A stretch of DNA of 64,000 nucleotides from an uncultured bacterium (GTDB lineage Bacteria; Bacteroidota; Bacteroidia; Chitinophagales; Chitinophagaceae). The position numbers and the translations under genes were made by a program. Shown in pieces: positions 23,942 through 32,799 of the stretch (its first letter is position 1; the number at the start of each line of letters is the position of its first letter). The notes under the pieces were generated by a model. The model searched no databases, had not been told where the DNA came from, and was given only the letters and a program-made list of their open reading frames with translations. The DNA lies in the NCBI GenBank assembly GCA_903834825.1, contig CAILKQ010000039.1:27653-91652 (forward strand), given 5' to 3'.

Positions 23942-26900
23942 TTATTCCTTCACCGTTGTAGTGATGGAAGGAGCCAGTTTCTCCCACTCAGTTCTGTTCA
24001 GTTTTTTCACAGCAGGCGCAATCTCATCTCCATTGTCTCCGTTGTACAACCTTCCGTTTTTCATCACGAATTTGATGGTATTGGTGTTGCGGATATTCTC
24101 CAGTGGATTCTTGTCAAGGATGATCAGATCCGCAAGTTTACCGGCTTCGATGCTGCCAAGGTCCTTGTCAAGGCCCAGGGCCTCTGCACCCTGAATGGTG
24201 GACACTTTGAGGGCATCAATGGTTCGCATGCCACCACTTTGCATGGCCCATACTTCCCAATGGAATCCAAGCCCTTGCAGCTGGCCATGGGAGCCGATTC
24301 CTGCAATACCGCCCTGCTCTACAATCGACTTCATGCTCTGTGCATGTTTTTGGAATACATGTTCCTCTGGTAAGAACCATGTTGCGCGGCGCCTTGACTT
24401 GGCAGCCAACTCCTCGTAGGGTGTGAAGAATTGCAATTTCTTGTTGCTGTATGGATTGTCGGTTTCGTAGTAATAATTCTCTGCCCATGGCCCGCCATAA
24501 GACACCAACAATGTTGGTGTAACCGCCATCTTCGCATCAGCGATCACCTTGGTCACATCCTTGTACAATGGAAAGATCGGAATGGAATGTTCGTGCCCTG
24601 GATAACCATCCAAAAGGTTGGTCATGTTCAGTTTGAAATCCAATCCACCTTCGGTGGTGGGCATGAGTTTTTGGTTCTTGGATGCATTGATGATCCACTG
24701 CCTGGCCTGCCTGTTGCCAGTGAGGTACATTTTGATGTATTGTGTATTGTAGTATTTGCTGTATTGCTTGAGCACATTCTCTGCTTGTGCAGAGTCTTTG
24801 ATGTTGTATGCCCAATAACCCACGCCAGGACCCGTTGAATACACGCGGGGGCCCACCATCTGCCCGGCTTCTACCATGTCAGCATAGGTCAATACGTCCG
24901 TGGTGGCCGTCTGTGGGTCACGGGTGGTGGTAACACCATAGGCCAGGTTGGCGGCATAGATCCAGACCTGGTTCTTGTGGATGCCCCAGCTCGGCCACAT
25001 GTGTGAATGTACATCCACAAAACCCGGAATCACTGTTTTGCCTGCAACGTCAAACACCTTGGCGCCCTTGGGAGTTGGAATGTTTTTGGCCACGGCTTTG
25101 ATCCTGTTGTTCACGATCAATATATCCCCTTTGGCAATCACCTCATCGCCTTTCATGGTGATGATGCGTGCACCTTTGAGCAGGATGGTTGAAGATGGAT
25201 TGTCTTTTGCATAATAGACCTTCACCCATGTTTCTTCAGGGGTATATTTTGGATCTTCTTTTTTAGTTATTGATTTCTTCGAGGTATCTGCCGGTGATTT
25301 TTTAGCAGTATCTGTTAGGGCCTTGAGATCTGCCAATTTCTTGGCCGTCTTCAGGCTGTCATCCAGGTTATCGGATTGGATGAGATCGTATACAAAATGT
25401 GCCGCACCGAGGCTGTAATGGATCTTCTGTCCATTGGCAGACCAAGCCGGGAATTCACCTCCAATCTCGGTCAGTTTCTTGCTCGGAAACTCAGCACTGC
25501 TGGCATCTGCAACAGAAATGGAAATCATTTTTCCTGTTGAAGGAATCGTGACGGAATAGATGTTGTTGTTGACCTTGGCAATGGCCTTTTCTCCCTTGGG
25601 AGAAAGCCAGATTTCGCTTGCTGGGGATGCAGGATTGTTTTCCCTGGCATCTTCTGTAGCCAATTCCTCTGGAACGATACAGGGATCTGCCATGGGCTTG
25701 CCTTTGTGCATGGCGATGGAACCATAGGTGGTGATGCCACTGATCTTGGCATGTACTTTTTGATCGGTACCATCCCATTTGATGGAGATCAGGCTACCGC
25801 CTGCATTCATGTAGATGCGGTCGTCATTGATGGAGAAATGGGGATTGTAGCGGCCATTGGCCTTGTCGATTACATTTTCAGTTCCGCCCGCTGCATTCAT
25901 CCAGCAAAGCAGGTCTTCTGCATCATCATACCCCGGATCAAAAGCATCCCTGAATTTTTGGTTCGGCGCATGTACATATACGATCCTATCCCCCGACAAA
26001 TTATACCGGGCTGATGAATAAAGGCCTGGAACGGTTGTCAATGTTTTTGTATTCGCACCATTCACATCAACCGAAACGATATGGCCACCATTGGCAGTCC
26101 AGGTGCTGAAAAGAATTTTTTTGCCATCGGGGCTCCATGAAGGCTGGGCTTCTGTGAAATCATTGGACGTTAAGCGTTTGGGAGTGCCGCCAGGATAGTC
26201 CATCAAATAGAGCCTGTTCAAAACAGTAAAGGCCAGTTGCTTTCCATCAGGAGAAGGAACAGCATCGCGGATCTGGCTGGCCATGGCAGCAGTTGTATCC
26301 TTGATCGAATACTTGAAAAGCACCTCAGGTCCGAGTTCCAGCTTGCCATCGACGGTGTATGGAACATCAGCGTATTTGCCCGTGATGATATCAATTTTAT
26401 TGATTTTGCCACCAAAAGAAGCGAGGAGATGTTTGTCATCTGGTGTGAAAGTCATGGCGGGCAAAACCCCGGAAACAGCAATCGACTCCTGGTCATCCCT
26501 TTGCACTGGATAGGCCAACCAGCGCTCATCACCGGTTTTGAGGTCTCGGATGACCAGGCCGGTTTTGTCTTCAAACCTTGTTCCATAAACCAACCATTTG
26601 CCGTCACCGGAAAGCACCGGCGTGAAGGCAGATCCATAGCGGGAGGTGAGTTTGGTGGTGCGGGCATTTGCCCTGTCATAAACGCCAATTTGGTATTGCG
26701 GAAGTTGCGCATTGTAGTTCCATGAACCCGTGCGGAAAGAATAGTAAATCAGCTTTCCGTCGGGGCTGATGGCAGGATCAATGGTCTTTAATGTTGCAGG
26801 TTCATCAATGAGTTGCGTGCCTGATCCGCCATCCTTGTGGATCATGTAAAGCTTGTTGACCCTTCTTCCCTTGGCGTAAACAATGTACTTCCCATCGGGC

Positions 26901-27325
26901 GTCCAGTCTGCAGAAGGAAAATTTTGGTTGATTTCCTTGGTCAGTTGAACAGTATCTTTTTTCTCTGTGTCGATGTACCAGAGGTTTTCTGCACCGCTTT
27001 TGTCTGATACAAAAAGGATTTTTTTGCCATCGGGGCTGTAGCGGGGATGCTGGTCAAATGCCAGGCCGCGGGTAAGCTGCGTTGCCTTTCCGCCTTCGGC
27101 GGGAATGGAGTACAGGTCGCCCATCATGTCAAAAATGATGGTCTTGCCGTCCGGACTGATATCTACTGAAGTCCAGGTACCCTCATTGGTACTGAGGTCC
27201 ATCATCCTGCTGGCTTTCAGCGGCAGGTTTTTGTAGCGGGTGAAAGCAGTGTCTTTTTGGGCATGAAGCATTTGGGAGATGAGCACTGTGGTCATCAATG
27301 CCAGGCTAATTCGTATTGATCTCAT
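23942..27325 (-). CDS. TolB-like WD40 beta-propeller repeats fused to a metal-dependent amidohydrolase domain, secreted
   Basis: Signal MRSIRISLALMTTVLISQMLHAQ. Many PD40-type repeats: SPDGKTIIF, YSPDGKKILFVSD, WTPDGKYIVY, ISPDGKLIYY, SGDGKWLVY, PSPDGKQLAF, WSPDGKKILF. The C-terminal part has VIPGFVDVHSHMW (HxH), GVTTTRD and ADLIILDKNPLENI. Confidence 0.8.
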   Translation of the reverse strand: MRSIRISLALMTTVLISQMLHAQKDTAFTRYKNLPLKASRMMDLSTNEGTWTSVDISPDGKTIIFDMMGDLYSIPAEGGKATQLTRGLAFDQHPRYSPDGKKILFVSDKSGAENLWYIDTEKKDTVQLTKEINQNFPSADWTPDGKYIVYAKGRRVNKLYMIHKDGGSGTQLIDEPATLKTIDPAISPDGKLIYYSFRTGSWNYNAQLPQYQIGVYDRANARTTKLTSRYGSAFTPVLSGDGKWLVYGTRFEDKTGLVIRDLKTGDERWLAYPVQRDDQESIAVSGVLPAMTFTPDDKHLLASFGGKINKIDIITGKYADVPYTVDGKLELGPEVLFKYSIKDTTAAMASQIRDAVPSPDGKQLAFTVLNRLYLMDYPGGTPKRLTSNDFTEAQPSWSPDGKKILFSTWTANGGHIVSVDVNGANTKTLTTVPGLYSSARYNLSGDRIVYVHAPNQKFRDAFDPGYDDAEDLLCWMNAAGGTENVIDKANGRYNPHFSINDDRIYMNAGGSLISIKWDGTDQKVHAKISGITTYGSIAMHKGKPMADPCIVPEELATEDARENNPASPASEIWLSPKGEKAIAKVNNNIYSVTIPSTGKMISISVADASSAEFPSKKLTEIGGEFPAWSANGQKIHYSLGAAHFVYDLIQSDNLDDSLKTAKKLADLKALTDTAKKSPADTSKKSITKKEDPKYTPEETWVKVYYAKDNPSSTILLKGARIITMKGDEVIAKGDILIVNNRIKAVAKNIPTPKGAKVFDVAGKTVIPGFVDVHSHMWPSWGIHKNQVWIYAANLAYGVTTTRDPQTATTDVLTYADMVEAGQMVGPRVYSTGPGVGYWAYNIKDSAQAENVLKQYSKYYNTQYIKMYLTGNRQARQWIINASKNQKLMPTTEGGLDFKLNMTNLLDGYPGHEHSIPIFPLYKDVTKVIADAKMAVTPTLLVSYGGPWAENYYYETDNPYSNKKLQFFTPYEELAAKSRRRATWFLPEEHVFQKHAQSMKSIVEQGGIAGIGSHGQLQGLGFHWEVWAMQSGGMRTIDALKVSTIQGAEALGLDKDLGSIEAGKLADLIILDKNPLENIRNTNTIKFVMKNGRLYNGDNGDEIAPAVKKLNRTEWEKLAPSITTTVKE

Positions 27326-27487
27326 TGGTGAAAGTTTGGAAACCGAAAATACCGAAAAAGCATTGAGGTATTTTTGCCCATGGTAATATTTTCCATAAAC
27401 TTACCAAGTTTTGATATGTTATTCAATCCGTCATTGTTTAAAGGTTGAAGATATACAGCTCCTGAAGACGAGAAAAGGTGAATTTCA

Positions 27488-28786
27488 CTACTTCTTTCTC
27501 AGCCACTGATGAAAAAAATACAACGGTATGTTTTCCATCCAATCTTGCTTTTTAAATCCGGCAAGTGAAGTTCTTATGCAAGTTTTGGATTGATATTTAT
27601 CATAATAACTCCTCAGACTTCTTGACCTGATGTTTTCAGCAGATTTGACCTCAATCGGAACAACCTGGTTTTCTTTCTGAATTAAAAAATCAATTTCAGC
27701 ATCAGCATTTTCAGGTGCCCAGTAATACGGATGAAAACCTTGACTGATCAATTGTTGCAAAACAAATTGCTCAGAGACCGTACCCTTGAACTCTTTAAAC
27801 AAATCGTGTCCACTTAATATGATCTCAGCATTTAGATTACCCAATGCACACATCAGGCCTACATCATTCAAGTAAATTTTAAAATCAGACCAATCTGCGT
27901 ATGCACTGACTGGAAGTCCTGGTTTACTCACGCGTATTACTTTATGAATCAGCCCTGCATCTTTTAACCACTCAATAGACAATTCAAATTCTTTTGCCCT
28001 CGACCCTTTTCTCAAAATACTATAAATGAATTTTGAATTTTCTTTTGCAAGTTGTCCAACAATTGATTGCCATATCATACGGATGCGCGGCAATTGAGAG
28101 ATGGGTGCATGTTTTGAAAAATCATTTTCATACGCAGTCAAAATATTGTTTTGAATTTCCCTTGCATGATAATAATCAAGATCCTTTATAAATGAGTTTA
28201 CAACTTCAGGCATACCCCCGATAAAATAATATTGCTTTAGCAAATCAATCAAAAGATCATTGAAGTTTTCTATCAATGCAGTATCCCCAGATTCAAGCGC
28301 TGCTGACAATTGTGAATGTCCCATTGCATCAAGAAATTCAGGGAAATCAAGTGGGTATACCGTCAAAAAATCGACTTTGCCTACTGGAAATGATACGCCG
28401 CCATGAATAGCGACCCCCAGTAATGAACCAGCAGCAAAAATGTTATATTCAGGACTGTTTTCCTGGAAATATTTTAGAGAAGTGATGGCTTCAGGACATG
28501 CCTGAATTTCATCCAAAATAATTAATGTATTGGATGGCTCAATTTTAAAGCCAGCTACAATATTCAACGAAGAAATGATTTTACTGGTATCAAACCCCGA
28601 CTTAAAAATGGAATGCAGCGCTTTGTTTATTTCAAAATTAAAGTAGGCTGTTTGACCAAATTCCTTTTTACCGAATTCCCGCATGAGCCATGTCTTTCCT
28701 ACCTGACGAGCACCTTGTATGATTAAAGGCTTCCTGCCAGGTTTCCCCTTCCAGTCCAACAATAAATTATATGCTGCCCTTTTCAT
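27488..28786 (-). CDS. AAA-family ATPase of the AAA_14 + DUF4143 type
   Basis: Walker A in LIIQGARQVGKTWL, Walker B in LIILDEIQ. The C-terminal region with YYWAPENADAEIDFLIQKENQVVPIEVKS resembles the nuclease-fold DUF4143 block. 432 aa, typical for the family. Confidence 0.8.
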   Translation of the reverse strand: MKRAAYNLLLDWKGKPGRKPLIIQGARQVGKTWLMREFGKKEFGQTAYFNFEINKALHSIFKSGFDTSKIISSLNIVAGFKIEPSNTLIILDEIQACPEAITSLKYFQENSPEYNIFAAGSLLGVAIHGGVSFPVGKVDFLTVYPLDFPEFLDAMGHSQLSAALESGDTALIENFNDLLIDLLKQYYFIGGMPEVVNSFIKDLDYYHAREIQNNILTAYENDFSKHAPISQLPRIRMIWQSIVGQLAKENSKFIYSILRKGSRAKEFELSIEWLKDAGLIHKVIRVSKPGLPVSAYADWSDFKIYLNDVGLMCALGNLNAEIILSGHDLFKEFKGTVSEQFVLQQLISQGFHPYYWAPENADAEIDFLIQKENQVVPIEVKSAENIRSRSLRSYYDKYQSKTCIRTSLAGFKKQDWMENIPLYFFHQWLRKK

Positions 28787-28821
28787 GATTTATGAGTATT
28801 AAATGGCAAATTAAGTAAATT

Positions 28822-28874
28822 ATTACACTTTTAAGTACTTAATTATGTAATAAAATTACACTTTTCGTGACTTA
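28822..28874. repeat. Direct repeat ATTACACTTTT(N9) x2, 33-bp period, in the ATPase promoter region
   Basis: attacacttttaagtactta (28822-28841) and attacacttttcgtgactta (28855-28874). The 11-nt core is exact and 16 of 20 positions match overall. Confidence 0.6.
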
Positions 28875-28924
28875 CAATAATTTATGGGCCTCCGTTTTTA
28901 AAGTGGTTAGGGCGTAGTTTTCTT

Positions 28925-30349
28925 TTATTTCGCCAATTGAACAGCCTTATACACCGCGGGCAGGGCTGCTTTCAACCGCTGGTAGGTGGCTTCAGAAATA
29001 TTCTTATCATCAAAAGGGGTGAACAGCACAAAAGGCTTGTTTGCCCCTTCGTTTCTTCCATACTTGTATTCGTAGGTAAACCATCCATCCGGTTGAAGTT
29101 GTACTTCTTTCAAGGACTTATTGGGGACGGTGATAAAGAATTTATTGGGCTGCTTTGACTGGGTATTGCCCAAGGCAAGTTTTCTCATTTCAATATAGGC
29201 TTCCTTGGCTGTCTCTACAGCAGGATCAATCAACTCCACATGCTTGGCCAATACGGAACGATAGGCGTATTGCCCATTGAATTTCATGTTGTACAACTCA
29301 TTCAAAACATTTCTGATGGTGTCGCGCATGAAGGGATAATGGGTGCAACCAAGGATCAAGGTATTCATGGGTGTGGTGATGCCTTGAGAGCGCATTTTTT
29401 CAATCAGGCTGACCAGGTGGTACCGCACATAATTCTCCGGGTCGTTGAGCTGGATGTCCAGGCACTTGCCCTTGTCGTCGTATTCGCAGAGCAGCTTGTT
29501 GTTTTCCTTGTTGAATTTGTAGACATTGAGGAGTGCCGTATCAATCTTATACTTCGTATTGTTGACGGATGGGCCCTTATAATCTTTTCTGTAGGCACTT
29601 GCGGTATCAACATAAAAACTGTAATCGCGATCGATGGCATCTGCGAGCCCAAAACCACCCTGGCTCACAATCACAGGCGCTGCCATCTGCATGGATGCAG
29701 CCAATGACCTGATGGACTTGGGGTATCCGTCAGAAGCAACGGTACCTGCGGTGGCAAACACACCAATCGCTCCTTTTTCATGGGTAGACTGATAGGCCAG
29801 TGCAGCTTTAACACCTGCATTGATCACACCAACAACGGGTGCATTGGTGCCATTGATTTTTACAAACTGCTTCACCTCTTCCAGCGCAAAAGCAGTAGCT
29901 GTATTGCAAGCAAGGATAAGCATCTTGACCGACTGTTTTTCTTTGGGGCTTGCTTGCTGCATCCAGTTGATGTCGTACCTGTTCTTGAGCAAAAAGTCCA
30001 TGTTCTTTACCACATGTTCCTGCAAGAGTTTTGTTTTGTTTTCTGCAGCATAGTTTCCATAAGGCATGTTGGCCTGGTCTGCCAGGTACTGGAAATATTC
30101 CTTGTCAAAATCGGGCTTGCCATCAGCACCCGGTTTACCGGTAATGTTGTTGAAGGCATCTAACGTAAGCATGGCTTCCAATACCGTCAGCCCGCCTGTT
30201 CCAGAGTCGAAAACGCCAATGGGCAAATTATTTTTAGTTTTTTCTTGTGCAGCCAATACGCTACAAATAGCGAGAAATGATAAACAAATTACCGGGAGTT
30301 TTAAAAGCCTCATGATCATGGATGGTTTATTTATCTGCATTTCTGTCAT
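28925..30349 (-). CDS. Exported Asp/Glu-racemase superfamily protein (glutamate racemase-like with insertions and C-terminal extension)
   Basis: Signal peptide-like MRLLKLPVICLSFLAICSVLAAQ; possible starts are 30349, 30340, 30319 and 30313. MurI motifs in order: PIGVFDSGTGGLTVL, YLADQANMPYG, LILACNTATAFAL (first catalytic Cys), LILGCTHYPFM (second catalytic Cys). 474 aa compared with about 270 for a canonical MurI. Confidence 0.7.
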   Translation of the reverse strand: MTEMQINKPSMIMRLLKLPVICLSFLAICSVLAAQEKTKNNLPIGVFDSGTGGLTVLEAMLTLDAFNNITGKPGADGKPDFDKEYFQYLADQANMPYGNYAAENKTKLLQEHVVKNMDFLLKNRYDINWMQQASPKEKQSVKMLILACNTATAFALEEVKQFVKINGTNAPVVGVINAGVKAALAYQSTHEKGAIGVFATAGTVASDGYPKSIRSLAASMQMAAPVIVSQGGFGLADAIDRDYSFYVDTASAYRKDYKGPSVNNTKYKIDTALLNVYKFNKENNKLLCEYDDKGKCLDIQLNDPENYVRYHLVSLIEKMRSQGITTPMNTLILGCTHYPFMRDTIRNVLNELYNMKFNGQYAYRSVLAKHVELIDPAVETAKEAYIEMRKLALGNTQSKQPNKFFITVPNKSLKEVQLQPDGWFTYEYKYGRNEGANKPFVLFTPFDDKNISEATYQRLKAALPAVYKAVQLAK

Positions 30350-30452
30350 TTATTGATAAAATTAACCCGTTTTCAAATGATTTTGGTAACGCTGTTGCTA
30401 ATTTGTTCTACAGCAGAAATTAGTAGATTTTAAGTAACTTCAAAATAAAACA

Positions 30453-30749
30453 ATGAGAAATTCTATCGTTACCCTTTCCTTTATCATCTTCTCACTTGCC
30501 TGTTCTAACAACACCCAAAAAGCTGCTGTTGAAAACAAGCCTGCAGAAATGGAATCATCCATGGAAAACCACAGCCAGTTTACACCAGAAATGGTGGTCA
30601 ATACAACTGATTTTGCCTGTGGAATGCCCGTCTCTGCCGGAATCAGCGATACCTGCCATTATGAAGACAAGGCCTATGGCTTTTGTTCAGTAGAATGCAA
30701 GGCTGAGTTCCAAAAAGAGCCTGCAAAATACCTGGCCGCAAAACAGTAA
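30453..30749 (+). CDS. YHS-domain lipoprotein
   Basis: Signal and lipobox MRNSIVTLSFIIFSLAC. C-terminal DFACGMPVSAGISDTCHYEDKAYGFCSVECKAEFQKEPAKYL is YHS/TRASH-like. Confidence 0.7.
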   Translation: MRNSIVTLSFIIFSLACSNNTQKAAVENKPAEMESSMENHSQFTPEMVVNTTDFACGMPVSAGISDTCHYEDKAYGFCSVECKAEFQKEPAKYLAAKQ

Positions 30750-30772
30750 TCAATTCAGAAAAATAAATATTT

Positions 30773-31819
30773 ATGCCAATTGTTAAAGCTTACGGAGCAT
30801 CCAGCAGCCAATCTCCTATTGAACCCCTGAACATCCAAAGAAGAGACCTTCGTCCACAAGATGTTCATGTAGAAATTCTTTATTGTGGCATCTGTCACAG
30901 CGACATCCATACGGTAAGGAGTGAGTGGGCTGGTAGCGTTTACCCGGTGGTTCCAGGGCATGAAATCGTGGGGAAGGTAAAAGCAGTCGGCAGTGCTGTA
31001 ACACAGTTCACCGTTGGTCAAACAGTGGGAGTAGGTGTAATGGTTGACAGCTGCCGTACCTGTAAAAATTGCAAGAGCAACCATGAACAATATTGTGAAG
31101 AAGGGATGACCGGAACCTATAACGCACCGGAAAGAGATGGTTCAGGCATGCTCACCATGGGTGGATATTCTGCTGAAATTGTAACTGATGAAAACTATGT
31201 CTTGCGGATCAAGGGCGAGGAAAACCTGGCAGGCATTGCACCGCTGCTCTGTGCTGGCATCACCACTTATTCTCCCCTTCGGTTTGCAGGTGTCAAAGCA
31301 GGCATGAAAGTGGCGGTAGTTGGACTTGGCGGGCTGGGCCATATGGCGGTGAAATTTGCAGTTGCTTTTGGGGCTGAAGTTACCGTTATCAGTACATCAG
31401 TGTCTAAGGTTCAGGAAGCCTCTAAACTGGGCGCACATCATTTTATCCTGGCCAAAGATCCGGCAGTGCTGAATGACCATGCATCATCGTTTGATATAGT
31501 GCTGGATGCCATTTCAGCCGACCATGATTATACACAGTACCTCAATTTGCTCGGGCTCTACGGAAAATTATTGGTGGTAGGTTTGCCCGAGCACCAGCCA
31601 AAAGTTTCGCCTTTTGCCCTGATCAAGAACAGGCGAAGCATCGTTGGTTCTATGATTGGAAGCATACAAGAAACCCAGGAGATGCTTGATTTCTGTCATG
31701 AACACCAAATTTTTGCAGAAATCGAGACCATTGCGGTCTCTCAAATAAACGAGGCGTATGAGCGGATGATCAAGGGTGATATTAAATACAGGTTCGTTAT
31801 TGACATGTCAACACTATAG
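30773..31819 (+). CDS. Zinc-dependent NAD(P) alcohol dehydrogenase (YahK/cinnamyl-ADH-like)
   Basis: CGICHSDIH, PGHEIVGKV, structural-zinc cysteines CRTCKNCKSNHEQYC, and a Rossmann VVGLGGLGHMAVKFA. Confidence 0.85.
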   Translation: MPIVKAYGASSSQSPIEPLNIQRRDLRPQDVHVEILYCGICHSDIHTVRSEWAGSVYPVVPGHEIVGKVKAVGSAVTQFTVGQTVGVGVMVDSCRTCKNCKSNHEQYCEEGMTGTYNAPERDGSGMLTMGGYSAEIVTDENYVLRIKGEENLAGIAPLLCAGITTYSPLRFAGVKAGMKVAVVGLGGLGHMAVKFAVAFGAEVTVISTSVSKVQEASKLGAHHFILAKDPAVLNDHASSFDIVLDAISADHDYTQYLNLLGLYGKLLVVGLPEHQPKVSPFALIKNRRSIVGSMIGSIQETQEMLDFCHEHQIFAEIETIAVSQINEAYERMIKGDIKYRFVIDMSTL

Positions 31820-31820
31820 C

Positions 31821-32714
31821 ATGGCCAACTTCAACAGAAGAAATTTTCTCACAGCCCTTCCAGCCATCTCGCTGGCAAGGGCTGTTCCATTTTCTGAAGA
31901 CATCACAACAAAAAAAGGAATCCGCTTCCGCCTAAGCCTGAACGCATACTCCTTCAATGATATGCTGATGAAGAAAAAAATCAGCAAGGAGGAAATACTT
32001 GAGTTCTGTGCCAACACTGGTTTTGATGCCGTAGACATGACAGGATATTATTTTTCTTCTTATCCTGAAACACCTTCAGATGCTGAAATTTTTGATTTCA
32101 AAAGAAAGGCGCATGCATTGGGGATTGAGATCAGTGGCACGGGAGTACGAAATGAATTTTCGTACAGCGACAGCAATGCATTGGCCAAAGAAGTTGACAC
32201 TGTTTTGCGTTGGATAGAAGTGGCAGCCAAGATGGGAGCTCCTGTATTGCGCATTTTTACAGCCAAGCAATACAGTACCGGTGAGGAAAGGAAAAGGGTG
32301 AATGAACGAATTTTGTTTGCATTGAACAAATGCCTCGAAAAGGCAAAATCCCATGGTGTCATACTGGGCATACAAAACCACAACGACTTTCTGAGAACTG
32401 CAGATGAATGCCATGAATTGATAGGAGCCATCAACAGCCCTTGGTTAGGCCTGGTCCTGGATACGGGTAATTTCATTGCCACAGATCCTTACGAAGAGAT
32501 CCGAAAATCATTGCCCCTGGCGGTGAACTGGCAGGTAAAAGAAAAGTTATTGATCAATGGCGTTCAAACGCGCATGGACCTCAAAAGACTCTGCTCCATC
32601 ATTCAATCCTCCAATTACAAGGGCAATATCCCCATTGAGACACTGGGAATGAATGACCCATTGAATGAGGTTCCTGTTTTTTATGATAAGGTTAAAAAGC
32701 ATCTTTGGGGGTGA
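31821..32714 (+). CDS. TAT-exported sugar phosphate isomerase/epimerase (xylose-isomerase-like TIM barrel)
   Basis: ATG at 31821, two nt after the ADH stop, gives the twin-arginine signal MANFNRRNFLTALPAISLARA. AP-endonuclease-2/xylose isomerase-like blocks: GFDAVDM, LGIQNHNDF, LVLDTGNF. Confidence 0.75.
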   Translation: MANFNRRNFLTALPAISLARAVPFSEDITTKKGIRFRLSLNAYSFNDMLMKKKISKEEILEFCANTGFDAVDMTGYYFSSYPETPSDAEIFDFKRKAHALGIEISGTGVRNEFSYSDSNALAKEVDTVLRWIEVAAKMGAPVLRIFTAKQYSTGEERKRVNERILFALNKCLEKAKSHGVILGIQNHNDFLRTADECHELIGAINSPWLGLVLDTGNFIATDPYEEIRKSLPLAVNWQVKEKLLINGVQTRMDLKRLCSIIQSSNYKGNIPIETLGMNDPLNEVPVFYDKVKKHLWG

Positions 32715-32799
32715 GATGGTCTCCAATTCCCTTATATTTTGTTAATTTGAACTTACTGACTTGCATTTGATTGGAACACCGCTTATTTTTCAAGTACCA

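Noticed and set aside
27346-27373. AAAATACC-N12-GGTATTTT hairpin as terminator of the ATPase gene
   Set aside because: The stem is 8 bp, almost entirely A/T, and has no separate T tract. It could equally be chance in AT-rich DNA.
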